NCBI GenBank assembly: GCA_021731695.1
Contig: JAKFWZ010000080.1
Coordinates: forward strand, 34,021 to 98,020
Direction: 5' to 3'
Origin: Candidatus Daviesbacteria bacterium
GTDB lineage: Bacteria; Patescibacteriota; Microgenomatia; Daviesbacterales; UBA10151
DNA length: 64,000 nt
A program made the translations under genes and the position numbers. Position 1 is the first letter of the stretch, and each line of letters begins with the position of its first letter. The notes under the pieces were generated by a model. That model was not told where the DNA came from and made no database searches. It saw nothing but the letters and a program-made list of their open reading frames with translations. Positions 20,436 to 29,713 of this stretch are shown here, in pieces.

Positions 20436-20891
20436 TTATTGACCTAAGGCTATTCTTGAGAATTTGCCGATTTTAATATTTTCACCAAGCTTGGCAATTG
20501 CTGATTTAATTAAATCACCAACTTTTTGAGAAGGATCACGGACATAATCCTGGTCCATTAATTCATCAGCATCTTTAGGATTCATGGAAGCGATTTGCAA
20601 AGCGAGTTCGTGTGCTAAAGTTTTAAAATCTTCAGTTTTTGCAACAAAATCTGTTTCGCATAAAACTTCAACCAAAACTCCAACTCTTCCGCTGTGAGAA
20701 TAGGTTTCAACAACACCAGCACCAGTTTCTCTGTCTGATTTTTCGCCTGCTTTATCTAAACCTTTTTTATGGAGAATTTCTTTTGCTTTTTCGATATCAC
20801 CTTTGGATTCTTCAAGTGCATTTCTGCAGGCTGCAATTCCTGCGCCTGTTTGATTTCTAAGCTCTTTAACTAAATCAACTGATATTGTCAT
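20436..20891 (-). CDS. tsf: elongation factor Ts (short form)
   Basis: UBA-like N-terminus LVKELRNQTGAGIAACRNAL; conserved tsf-rpsB synteny. Confidence 0.85.
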   Translation of the reverse strand: MTISVDLVKELRNQTGAGIAACRNALEESKGDIEKAKEILHKKGLDKAGEKSDRETGAGVVETYSHSGRVGVLVEVLCETDFVAKTEDFKTLAHELALQIASMNPKDADELMDQDYVRDPSQKVGDLIKSAIAKLGENIKIGKFSRIALGQ

Positions 20892-21000
20892 AATTTGAAA
20901 TTCGAAATTTTAAATTTGAATTCAATATCAAATATTTTAAAATTTAAATTTTAAAATTAGTATTTGATTTAAAATTTCAAACTGAAAATTTAAAATTATT

Positions 21001-21861
21001 CTACCTTTCTCGAGCTCTCTTCAACAACTTTTTCTCAACTTCTTCCTCAATAGCTGCAGCTTCCTGCGCCAATTCTTCATCTAAAACCTCTTCTTTTGCG
21101 CTTGTCTCAGTTTCCTTAGTCGCTTTAGTTGCCTTAGTCTCCTTAGTTACCACTTCTCCTACCTTTATTCCGGCATCTTTTTTGCCCTGAGCATAAGCTC
21201 TTAAAACTGTTTCACAAATTATCTTAATAGCTTTAATACCATCATCGTTTGAGGCAACCGGCCAGTCAAACCATGTCGGATCAGCGTTTGTATCGCAAAG
21301 GCCAAAAACTTTAACTCCGGTTTTGTTTGCTTCTCTAACGGCAATATTATCTCCGACTGCATCAACTACGAAAATCGCATCAGGCATCTTAGCCATATCG
21401 ACGATTCCACCCATATCCTTATCGAATTTGATAAGTTTTTTACCTATCAGCATCTGTTCTCTTTTGGTGTATCGGGAAAGTGTGCCTTTTTCCTGTTCAG
21501 TTTTTAACTCTGAGAGTTTTTTGATATTTTTTCTGATTTCGTCAAAGTTAGTTAAAATTCCACCAGCCCATTTGTGCGCAAGAAAATAAGTATCAGCTTC
21601 TTTTGCTAAGGATTCAACTAATTCCTGAGCCTGTTTTTTAGTTCCTACGATTAACATGACTCCACCTGCTTTTCCTAAATCGTAGGCCGCCTGAGTTGCT
21701 TCTTTAAGTTGAGATTCTGAAACTGCGAGGTCAATAATATGAACTCCATCTCTCGCGCCGAAGATATACCTTTTCATTTTAGGATGACCACGGGAGATCT
21801 TGTGTCCGAAGTGGACACCAGCTCCGAGTAATTCCTGCATATCAGGTGTTTTAATTGTCAT
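21001..21861 (-). CDS. rpsB: 30S ribosomal protein S2
   Basis: S2 N-terminus MQELLGAGVHFGH; K/E-rich C-terminal extension. Confidence 0.92.
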   Translation of the reverse strand: MTIKTPDMQELLGAGVHFGHKISRGHPKMKRYIFGARDGVHIIDLAVSESQLKEATQAAYDLGKAGGVMLIVGTKKQAQELVESLAKEADTYFLAHKWAGGILTNFDEIRKNIKKLSELKTEQEKGTLSRYTKREQMLIGKKLIKFDKDMGGIVDMAKMPDAIFVVDAVGDNIAVREANKTGVKVFGLCDTNADPTWFDWPVASNDDGIKAIKIICETVLRAYAQGKKDAGIKVGEVVTKETKATKATKETETSAKEEVLDEELAQEAAAIEEEVEKKLLKRARER

Positions 21862-22140
21862 AAATGTTATTGGTTAGTTGGTTATTGGTTCATAGTACCC
21901 CAAACAAAAATATGTTTTAGTTGGCGATGAACCAACTAACTATGAACAAATCACAAAAAAGGAAAAAACCTAATGATTCCTTAACCTCTTCAGTACTAGT
22001 GAATTCAGGAATCTAAAGTACTGAATGTGTGATTTGGGTAGTTTATATTAATCTGAGCCTAAAAGTCAACCACAATCATGCGAACTGATTGTGGTCAACG
22101 ATCTTTATTAATTTAATAATTTTGTTATTATGGGATCTTA

Positions 22141-22608
22141 ATGATAGACAGAGCAGCCAACTCAGGAATCAACCCACTTCAGGAACGGGTAATTGTGCCT
22201 GTTGAAAAAGTTAACGGTTCCGCAAATCTGTATTTCAAAGACGAGGATTATCCGGTTTTAAAAACAGCACTTCATGCACGATCCGGAGGATGCGAACACC
22301 CTGAAGGATGTCCCATATCGAGCATGGACAGACTCACAATTGATCATTTCACACCCAGATGTATCGCTGCGATATTGGGTTGGACTTACGAAGAAGCTAA
22401 TCGTTTAGATAACTTGCAGTTGCTTTGCGTACCTCATCATATGGAAAAAGATGAGACAACTGAATCAAGACTAAGACAGCTCATGCGACAAACTGGGGGT
22501 GGTTTTGTGGGAAGAGATTTCTTCGACATAATGGAAGAAAAATATGGAATTACAAGACCTAAGGCTTTTTTTCAAACAATCCCCCAGCCACAGTTAACTC
22601 GCCCTTAA
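22141..22608 (+). CDS. HNH endonuclease (free-standing)
   Basis: HNH core DHFTPRC ... NLQLLCVPHH; 3' end overlaps thyA on the opposite strand. Confidence 0.7.
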   Translation: MIDRAANSGINPLQERVIVPVEKVNGSANLYFKDEDYPVLKTALHARSGGCEHPEGCPISSMDRLTIDHFTPRCIAAILGWTYEEANRLDNLQLLCVPHHMEKDETTESRLRQLMRQTGGGFVGRDFFDIMEEKYGITRPKAFFQTIPQPQLTRP

Positions 22609-23527
22609 GTCCCGGATGCGGATCGTAGCCGATAAGCTCAACGGAATCAGCCTTAAAATCATCAATGTCTTTAACTGTTTTATCAATCTTTACCTCAGGA
22701 AACTTTTTCGGTTTTCTTTTTAATTGCTCCTTAACCTGATCAATATGATTTTCATAAATATGCGCGTCACCGAATGTATGCACGAATTCTCCGGGCTTCA
22801 CTTTCAGGATTTGAGCCAGAACAATAGTTAACAATGCATAAGAAGCAATGTTAAACGGAACTCCTAAGAATAAATCAGCGCTTCTTTGATAAAGCTGGAG
22901 ATATAATTTCCCGTCTTTAATCGACATCTGGAACATGTTGTGGCAAATCGGGAAACGCGAAGCATCATCAAGCCGCGCCATGTTATATAAATATTCAGGA
23001 TTCCATGAATTGACTATCGCGTTGCGGGCATAAGGATCCTCGCGAAGTTCAGAAACTGCCCATTTTAACTGGTCAATTCCCTTACCATACCTCGTAGGCC
23101 AACTTCTCCACATCTCCCCGTAAATCCTGGGTAATTCCCCCCATTTTTTAGCAAACTTCGGATCCCCCGCAATCTTTTCAATAAACTCCTCTTTTGTGAT
23201 TATTTGTTTCTTGTTACTTGTATCTTGTTTCTTAGCGAAGATCTTATAAGGATAATCGTCCCAAATATGGACATTATTATCGACGAGATATTTTATATTT
23301 GTGTCCCCTTTCATGAACCAGACAAGCTCATGAATCACCCCTTTCCAGTAAACCTTTTTTGTAGTGAGAATAGGGAAGCCTTTTGAAAGATCATAACGGG
23401 TTTGACGGCCGAATAAAGAAAGTGATCTCACGCCCGTTCCACGATCAATATTCCAAACCCCGTCCTTTAAAACTTCTTTGAGTAAATCGAGGTATTGATA
23501 TTCGGGGTGTTTAGTAGATTGCTTCAT
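22559..23527 (-). CDS. thyA: thymidylate synthase
   Basis: catalytic PICH-NMFQ, LYQRSADLFLGVPFNIASYALL (Asn gives dUMP specificity), C-terminal GYDPHPG. Confidence 0.9.
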   Translation of the reverse strand: MKQSTKHPEYQYLDLLKEVLKDGVWNIDRGTGVRSLSLFGRQTRYDLSKGFPILTTKKVYWKGVIHELVWFMKGDTNIKYLVDNNVHIWDDYPYKIFAKKQDTSNKKQIITKEEFIEKIAGDPKFAKKWGELPRIYGEMWRSWPTRYGKGIDQLKWAVSELREDPYARNAIVNSWNPEYLYNMARLDDASRFPICHNMFQMSIKDGKLYLQLYQRSADLFLGVPFNIASYALLTIVLAQILKVKPGEFVHTFGDAHIYENHIDQVKEQLKRKPKKFPEVKIDKTVKDIDDFKADSVELIGYDPHPGLKGELTVAGGLFEKKP

Positions 23528-23551
23528 TGCTGAATTGCTAAATTGTTATTC

Positions 23552-23650
23552 GTCATTGCGATATCACGTAGTGAAGAAGCAATCTCAGTCTCTCTGGGAT
23601 TGCCGCGTCAGCCAGAGGCTTCCTCGCAATGACGCTTCGCTCGCAATGAC
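23552..23650. repeat. Family-1 palindromic element in thyA 5' leader
   Basis: gtcattgcgatatcacg ... gaagcaatctcag ... cctcgcaatgac gcttcgctcgcaatgac. Confidence 0.8.
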
Positions 23651-23665
23651 AGAAACGGAACAATC

Positions 23666-23708
23666 ATTATATGAGCTATTTTGAAGTAAGTGTCAAGAAG
23701 GAAAAATT
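23666..23708 (-). promoter_or_regulatory. sigma70-like promoter (TTGACA-19nt-TATAAT) inside a 26-bp direct repeat, reading toward thyA
   Basis: reverse complement of 23666-23696 reads ttgacacttacttcaaaatagctcatataat; the DR gaagtaagtgtcaagaaggaaaaatt recurs at 24131-24156. Confidence 0.5.
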
Positions 23709-23921
23709 GACTATATTTCAATGCGTTGGTAAAGTTTCTTTATGTTTACCATAACAAGATCCCAAATAAAAGTTCTTTCTACAATCTCATCTAATTTTGC
23801 AGTTGTTTGGATTGTGGCTTCTTTCGCTTCACCCGGTATTTTTTCGTTGATCTTAAATCTTTTATCGGCTATAATATCATTAATTATTGCAGTAAAATCA
23901 GAAGAAATCTTGGAGGAACTA

Positions 23922-24031
23922 TGACTAATCTTGAACAAATTTTCACACTGGGTAATATTGCTACAGCTCTCTTCGCAATTGCATTCTTTTTAGCATACTT
24001 GTCTTTTCGCAAAAAACCCCGCAAACACTAA
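23922..24031 (+). CDS. small membrane peptide (36 aa), putative
   Basis: GGAGG SD 7 nt upstream of ATG; single TM helix MTNLEQIFTLGNIATALFAIAFFLAYL. Confidence 0.3.
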
Positions 24032-24130
24032 TAATTCTAGTCCAGATTTCCGCAGGTTTATGGCGGATTTACACAGAAATTCTTATCCGCGGACATCAGT
24101 AATAAATCCGTGATTATCTTGCGATTTTTA

Positions 24131-24156
24131 GAAGTAAGTGTCAAGAAGGAAAAATT
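24131..24156 (-). promoter_or_regulatory. second copy of 26-bp promoter-like direct repeat (TTGACA box)
   Basis: identical to 23683-23708; the -10 element is less good (GATAAT at 20 nt). Confidence 0.4.
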
Positions 24157-24161
24157 AAGCT

Positions 24162-25010
24162 TTAATTCGTTTCTGTAAATTCATGCACAACAGAACTAGC
24201 ATCCATAAATTCAATTAGTCGTTCCCCAAACTCTGTTATAAACTGAACAGTACCACTACCACCATTAAATGTTCCGATCGCAGGATCATTGCCCTGTTTA
24301 AATATTCCGCGTGAGTTATATTCAGCCCAATATTCGCCGAACTGAAATCTTTTTTTCTCTTCTTCTGCACCGAATAAATCAAACGCTTTTCTGCTTTCTT
24401 CGTTTTTATTTCTATTAAACTCTTTTTCCACCCTCTGCTTTTCTTGTTGATACCAAGAATTGTAGTCATGACTAATTGGACTAGTTTTTTTAAGAAAGCC
24501 TCTGTATTCCGTATCTGTAAAACCCAGTTTTTGAGATTTTTCTGGCTTACCCCTTAAATTCAATTCTCTAATAGGAAAAATTTCTGTTTTTATAAAGGCT
24601 AAATGCTGAATCGCAGGCAACGACATAGCTAATGCAGTCTCCTGCAATCTTTCCAAATTATCTTTTGCGTATTCATCAGCATTTAAATAGGCACCAATAA
24701 AAGCTTTTTTGATTACTTCTTGCCGCTCGCTCTCTTTAGCATAGATTAGGTTCATTAACGTTGATCCTAAAGCCTGCTGAAATTCAGCACTCTGTATAAC
24801 TTTCTGAGTAACTTTATCAAATTCAAAAACTTCTTTAGCAAATTTCTCTGTTTCCGAAGGAACTAATTCTAGCAACATATAGTATGGAACTTTGACTGCC
24901 AGTGATGCTGTTGAAAGGTAAACTCTTAGCCCTGGATCTGGAATCTGAGCAATAGCATGATCAATAAGGGAAATTGCTGCCCCCGCCATCGCTTTTTTTA
25001 ACTTGCCCAT
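24162..25010 (-). CDS. hypothetical protein (282 aa) embedded in the pyrimidine-nucleotide cluster
   Basis: complete ORF, no family recognised. Confidence 0.45.
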   Translation of the reverse strand: MGKLKKAMAGAAISLIDHAIAQIPDPGLRVYLSTASLAVKVPYYMLLELVPSETEKFAKEVFEFDKVTQKVIQSAEFQQALGSTLMNLIYAKESERQEVIKKAFIGAYLNADEYAKDNLERLQETALAMSLPAIQHLAFIKTEIFPIRELNLRGKPEKSQKLGFTDTEYRGFLKKTSPISHDYNSWYQQEKQRVEKEFNRNKNEESRKAFDLFGAEEEKKRFQFGEYWAEYNSRGIFKQGNDPAIGTFNGGSGTVQFITEFGERLIEFMDASSVVHEFTETN

Positions 25011-25013
25011 ATG

Positions 25014-25583
25014 TTAAACTTGCTTCTCAACTTTTTCTGCTGTGACTCTTCCACCCTGGTTCTGACCCCTGTACATTACCGTCTCACCTTCTATTTTAAA
25101 GAAAACCATATTGCAGATTCTCGCACCCATTTGGAGCTTTACGGGAAACGGGGATAAATTAACCATTCCGAAAATTAATTTCCCTTTATAACCAGGATCA
25201 GTTTTTGAATTGAGCATTAATATTCCGGCTCTGAAAAGTGAGGAGCGGGGATAAACCACAGGCATTAAATCGTGAGGAGTGTTAACTGTTTCAACGGTTT
25301 GAGCTAAGTAATACTGCCCAGGCTTCAGACTCACACTCTTTTGTGTGACAGCTGACGACTGATAGCTCGCAATCTCCTTTGTCTCCACCCCTTTTCTTTT
25401 TCCTAATCCAGCTTCCCCGTCAGCTTCAATAAACGCCCCACCTTTTTTAATTTGAAAAAGCGCTCCTAATCTAAAATCAACTCCAACACCTTCAGGGTTT
25501 TTAAGCTCACGCTCGCCAAGGTCTTCGATCAAACCTTCTTCCTGAATACGTATCAATATTTGATTAATTCCTAAAACAGGCAT
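25014..25583 (-). CDS. dCTP deaminase/dUTPase superfamily protein (divergent paralog)
   Basis: beta-barrel dUTPase-like motifs (DFRLG, TDPGYKGKL). Confidence 0.6.
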   Translation of the reverse strand: MPVLGINQILIRIQEEGLIEDLGERELKNPEGVGVDFRLGALFQIKKGGAFIEADGEAGLGKRKGVETKEIASYQSSAVTQKSVSLKPGQYYLAQTVETVNTPHDLMPVVYPRSSLFRAGILMLNSKTDPGYKGKLIFGMVNLSPFPVKLQMGARICNMVFFKIEGETVMYRGQNQGGRVTAEKVEKQV

Positions 25584-25591
25584 AGATTTTT

Positions 25592-25826
25592 GTCATTACG
25601 AGGAACGACCTGCCTGACGGCAGGCAGGAGCGACGTAGTAATCTTGATTCTGTCATTCCGGTGAAAACCTGCCTGACGGCAGACAGGCCGGAATCCAGGC
25701 AAAAACATCTGGATCCCAGATCTCCCCTTGTCAAAATGCTTTGCATTTTGCAAGCGACCTCCTGGCTACGCCAGTCCGGTAGTCTGGGATGACAATCGAG
25801 ATTGCGACGCTAACGCTCGCAATGAC
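25592..25826. repeat. Family-1 composite palindromic element (5 nested modules)
   Basis: gtcattacgagg ... ctgcctgacggcaggcagg ... gtcattccgg ... ccggaatccagg ... ctgggatgac ... ctcgcaatgac. Confidence 0.8.
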
Positions 25827-25832
25827 ACAGCG

Positions 25833-26480
25833 TTACTTTTTCTTTTTATTCTTAACAGCTTTTTTGCCCATAATATTCGAAACATCTGGTCTATCAGACC
25901 CGCCATACCTATTATTCGGATTATCATCATAAGATCTCTCAACAGGCGCCGGAAGTTTTTCAAAAGAAAACGCGCAAATCGGCGCTCCTTCATAAATAAT
26001 AATTTTTTTGCCTCTTAAAAAGGTTCCGAATTCGAGCACTGGACAACCATCCCATCCCGGATCAAATCTCGCAGCTGTTGAATGAACAACAACTCCGATA
26101 CGGGCGAGTGATGATTTTCCGTGAAGATGACCGATCATATCATCAGGCAATGTTAAGCGCTCAGCTGTTGTAGCAATCACAAATTGATCATCAGTCAAAA
26201 TAAACGGCTGGCCGGGTTTAAGTTCAACATATTCCATCATCGACTCCATTTCCTCTTTTGAAGTATGCAAAGTATCAATCGTTTCCCAGCCCTGTTTCTT
26301 AAAAACCTTTAAGTGTTTACCGAGATGGAAATCAATCGTAACTTCATCAACAACAGAATCTAAATCTACAGGCATTGGATCGATTTTAATTTCCCCGCTT
26401 TTAATTGCTTCCTTAATCGCCCAATCCGGAAGTGTTCCTATCATGCCTTGTATATTTCTTTTAGCCATATGCTTAGTCAT
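25833..26480 (-). CDS. dcd: dCTP deaminase
   Basis: canonical Dcd motifs (IDFHLG, HGKSSLARIG, FDPGWDG). Confidence 0.85.
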   Translation of the reverse strand: MTKHMAKRNIQGMIGTLPDWAIKEAIKSGEIKIDPMPVDLDSVVDEVTIDFHLGKHLKVFKKQGWETIDTLHTSKEEMESMMEYVELKPGQPFILTDDQFVIATTAERLTLPDDMIGHLHGKSSLARIGVVVHSTAARFDPGWDGCPVLEFGTFLRGKKIIIYEGAPICAFSFEKLPAPVERSYDDNPNNRYGGSDRPDVSNIMGKKAVKNKKKK

Positions 26481-26643
26481 TCAGAGCGCATGTAATGCGC
26501 GTAGGAATCCTGATTATTTTTGTCATTCCGGTGAAAACCGGAATCCAGGCTTTGTTTTTCTGGATCCCGAATCAAGTTCGGGATGACAACAATCAAGATT
26601 GCTCTTTCGAAAGTCGTTCAGACTTTCTCACGCTCGCAATGAC
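26476..26643. repeat. Family-1 composite palindromic element; first module overlaps dcd start codon
   Basis: gtcattcagagcgc-atgtaat-gcgcgtaggaatcct ... gtcattccggtgaaaaccggaatccagg ... gttcgggatgac ... ctcgcaatgac. Confidence 0.8.
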
Positions 26644-26675
26644 AGCTAATAACTTATCCGAAAAGGGTGTTTTTA

Positions 26676-27326
26676 TCAAGAGGGAGATTGCAAAAGCTTT
26701 GTTTCAACTTCTTTCCAAATCTCAGCCTGGATTTCTTCCCTAGTTTTAGCTCCATCCATAATCACAGCATCATCCATTTCCTCAAACACTTCCAAAAACC
26801 CTTCTCGCCGAGTTCGCAAAACATCAATTTCAAAACTGTTGTAGGCATGAATTTCAGTTCCCCTTCCTTCGTTTTCGCGTTTTAAAATCTCCTCTGCAGG
26901 AACATCAATCAAAATCGAAAGATCTGGTTTTAAATGCTGCGAGGCTTTTTCGCCCTGAGTTTTGATCATATTTTTATCAAGCCCTTCCTGATAGCCCTGA
27001 TAAACGATAGCTGAAGCTATAAATCTCGTTAAAATAATCCATTTTCCTGAGGCTAAAGATGGGATTATTAATTCATCAACAAGAGATTTAAGAGCTTTAA
27101 ACAAAAAATCCAATTCCTCATCAGGTGTTAAAACTCCGGCTTCTTTTTTCTCCAAAAGCTGCTGACGCATTTTCTCTGCAAAATCAGTCCCTCCGGGATG
27201 TCTTAAAGAAATCGTCTCAATGCCTTTCTCGTTTAAAACCTGGGCTAACATATTAGCCTGCGTAGTTTTACCCGTAAACCCCTGCCCTTCAATAACGATG
27301 AAACGTCCGTTCATAATAACCAACAT
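26676..27326 (-). CDS. tmk: thymidylate kinase
   Basis: P-loop IVIEGQGFTGKTT, DRF-like motif, LID region. Confidence 0.85.
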   Translation of the reverse strand: MLVIMNGRFIVIEGQGFTGKTTQANMLAQVLNEKGIETISLRHPGGTDFAEKMRQQLLEKKEAGVLTPDEELDFLFKALKSLVDELIIPSLASGKWIILTRFIASAIVYQGYQEGLDKNMIKTQGEKASQHLKPDLSILIDVPAEEILKRENEGRGTEIHAYNSFEIDVLRTRREGFLEVFEEMDDAVIMDGAKTREEIQAEIWKEVETKLLQSPS

Positions 27327-27354
27327 ACAAGTTTTCCAAGTAAATCACAATATT

Positions 27355-27530
27355 GCGAGCTTGAAACAAAGCGCGTATAGAATTTTTGAGCGAGTTATCA
27401 GGGGATTTCGGTTTTTTGCGATTAGCAAAAAAGCCGAAGGGGTAAGGTTCCCCGATTAGCGAACGAAAAAATTTAGCGCGACTTTCCGCGAGTAGAGTTT
27501 TGCTACTTTTGCGGTCAAAAGTAGGAAGAA
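27355..27530 (+). repeat. Family-2 repeat element, copy D
   Basis: tagaatttttgagcgagttatcagggga ... gctacttttg-cggt-caaaagtag; followed by a Family-1 module at 27541-27589. Confidence 0.8.
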
Positions 27531-27581
27531 AAATAAACAAAATCAAGATTGCCACGCCACTTCGTGGTCTCGCAATGACAA

Positions 27582-29216
27582 CTATTTGGATTTCTGAGAG
27601 GATGCTTCTATGAAGCCTAAGAACATTGGGTGTGGATTTAAAGGCCTTGATTTTAACTCCGGATGGAACTGAGAACCCGCAAAGAACGGATGATCCGCGA
27701 GCTCGATCACTTCAACTAATTTTCCATCAGGCGATGTACCAACAATATTAAATCCATTTTTCTCAAAATCAGCTCTGAAATTATTATTAAACTCATATCT
27801 GTGTCTGTGACGCTCTGAAGTCTGCCTGCCGGCAGGCAGGTTTCCCCATTTTTTATAAAGTTCTCCAACTTTCGATCCTTCTTTTAGAACACAATCCCAG
27901 GCTCCAAGTCTCATTGATGCACCGTAATCTTTATCCAAAAGCTTTTTAATTTGATCTGGCATAATATGAATTATCGGATTTTTAGTTTTCTCATCAACCT
28001 CAGTTGTATGAGCATCTTTCAAGCCTAAAACATTGCGGGCAAATTCAATCGAAGCCAGCTGCATTCCGTAACATAATCCAAGATATGGAATTTTATTTTC
28101 CCGTACATATCGAACAGCTTTAATTTTTCCTTCAACATCTCTTGAACCAAATCCTCCCGGGACAATAATTCCGTCAAATTTCGAAAGCTGCTCGACACTA
28201 TGTTCAAGCTTAGAGGCATCAATCCAGGTTATCTCAGGCTTAACCTTTAGCTTATAGGAGGCATGTTTTATCGCCTCAATAACCGAAATATACGAATCCA
28301 TTAATGTAAAATCACCGGTAGTGAAATATTTGCCTACAATTCCAATTTTGACGGGCCTGTCAGTAGTTTCACTAGAATCAACAAACGCTCTCCATTCTTT
28401 TAAATCAGTATTTTTTCTCTCAAGTCCAAGTTTACCCAGGATTCTATCCGTTAAACCCTGATCCTCGAACTTTAATGGAACAGAGTAAACATTTTTAACA
28501 TCCGGAGCGGAGATTATATACTCAGGCTCAAGACCTGTTGAAATTGACAGCTTTTTAATTCTTGATTGATCTAAAGGTCTTTCTGCACGGGCCAATATAA
28601 TATCAGGTTGAATTCCTACAGCATTTAAGTCACGCACTGACATTTGTGCAGGTTTTGACTTCATCTCACCGAGCGAACCGGGGATTGGTAAATAAGTTAC
28701 GTGAATATGGAGCACATCATCGTGTTTCTTAAGTTTTAACTGACGATTAGCCTCGAGAAACAGAACATTTTGATATTCTCCTGCAGTTCCACCAATTTCA
28801 ATTAAAACTATATCTGCATTTTTACTTTTTCCGGCTTCTTTTATTCTGCCGATAATTTCTTCGGTGATATAAGTTACGACGTCAATTGATGCTCCGTCAT
28901 ATTCTAAATTTCTTTCTTTTTGAATAACAGATAAATAAATTGAACCTTGAGTAGCGATATTCGAATTATTTAAAGATTCTCCTAAATATCTTTCATAATG
29001 TCCGAGGTCTTGGTCTGTTTCCGTTCCGTCATCAAGCACGAAAACTTCTCCGTGTTCTATCGGATTCATAGTTCCAGCATCGACATTAAGATAAGGGTCC
29101 ATTTTCATGGGGGAAACTTTATATCCCGCAGCTTTTAAGAGGAGAGCAATCGAGGCAGTTGCAATGCCTTTTCCAATTCCTGATATAACACCACCGCTAA
29201 CAAATATGTACTTCAC
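27582..29216 (-). CDS. pyrG: CTP synthase
   Basis: N-terminal synthetase domain (FVSGGVISGIGKG), C-terminal GATase (GLCYGMQ, HRHRYE). Confidence 0.92.
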   Translation of the reverse strand: MKYIFVSGGVISGIGKGIATASIALLLKAAGYKVSPMKMDPYLNVDAGTMNPIEHGEVFVLDDGTETDQDLGHYERYLGESLNNSNIATQGSIYLSVIQKERNLEYDGASIDVVTYITEEIIGRIKEAGKSKNADIVLIEIGGTAGEYQNVLFLEANRQLKLKKHDDVLHIHVTYLPIPGSLGEMKSKPAQMSVRDLNAVGIQPDIILARAERPLDQSRIKKLSISTGLEPEYIISAPDVKNVYSVPLKFEDQGLTDRILGKLGLERKNTDLKEWRAFVDSSETTDRPVKIGIVGKYFTTGDFTLMDSYISVIEAIKHASYKLKVKPEITWIDASKLEHSVEQLSKFDGIIVPGGFGSRDVEGKIKAVRYVRENKIPYLGLCYGMQLASIEFARNVLGLKDAHTTEVDEKTKNPIIHIMPDQIKKLLDKDYGASMRLGAWDCVLKEGSKVGELYKKWGNLPAGRQTSERHRHRYEFNNNFRADFEKNGFNIVGTSPDGKLVEVIELADHPFFAGSQFHPELKSRPLNPHPMFLGFIEASSQKSK

Positions 29217-29422
29217 TTTTTTAAACTTTCTTTACGCAGTTAGGCAAGCTTAAAAAAGCATGATTTTTAAACTTCTAACCGCTCGCTATCAATAATTAAC
29301 TTTTTTACCAAAAGAGTCAATATCGAAAATTACTACAGGGGGTTTTCTAAACTTCGGCCTACGAAGGTATTTTAAGGCCCTCAATATAATACCAAATCAG
29401 GCGTAAATTTGCAAGAAATTAA

Positions 29423-29689
29423 TTATTTTTCAGATGATGGCGGAGTATTAATGCTAGATAATAAGTTTTGCGCCTCAACCCCTTTGCCTAAGGCAACCAA
29501 ATCACGATATGTGAGCTCTAAAGCATAGTCCAGTAACTTAGAGTGCGGAGGATTATCGCTCCTGAATTGTTGACCTAAAGTGCGTCTTTGTTTTATAAAT
29601 CTTGCCATTCTGGCTTCAAAAAAATCCGCTTTCACCGTACCCCGATCCAACGGTTCATTATTCCCACTTGGTTCTTTATTAACGGCCAT
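29423..29689 (-). CDS. hypothetical protein (88 aa)
   Basis: ORF upstream of topA; no family recognised. Confidence 0.35.
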   Translation of the reverse strand: MAVNKEPSGNNEPLDRGTVKADFFEARMARFIKQRRTLGQQFRSDNPPHSKLLDYALELTYRDLVALGKGVEAQNLLSSINTPPSSEK

Positions 29690-29713
29690 ATTAAAATTGA
29701 TTTTACTCTTTTT

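Noticed and set aside
20892-21000. AT-rich tandem-looking tract between tsf and rpsB as a repeat element
   Set aside because: Low-complexity AAATTT/GAATTC runs typical of an AT-rich intergenic or promoter region; no higher-order periodicity or second copy found.
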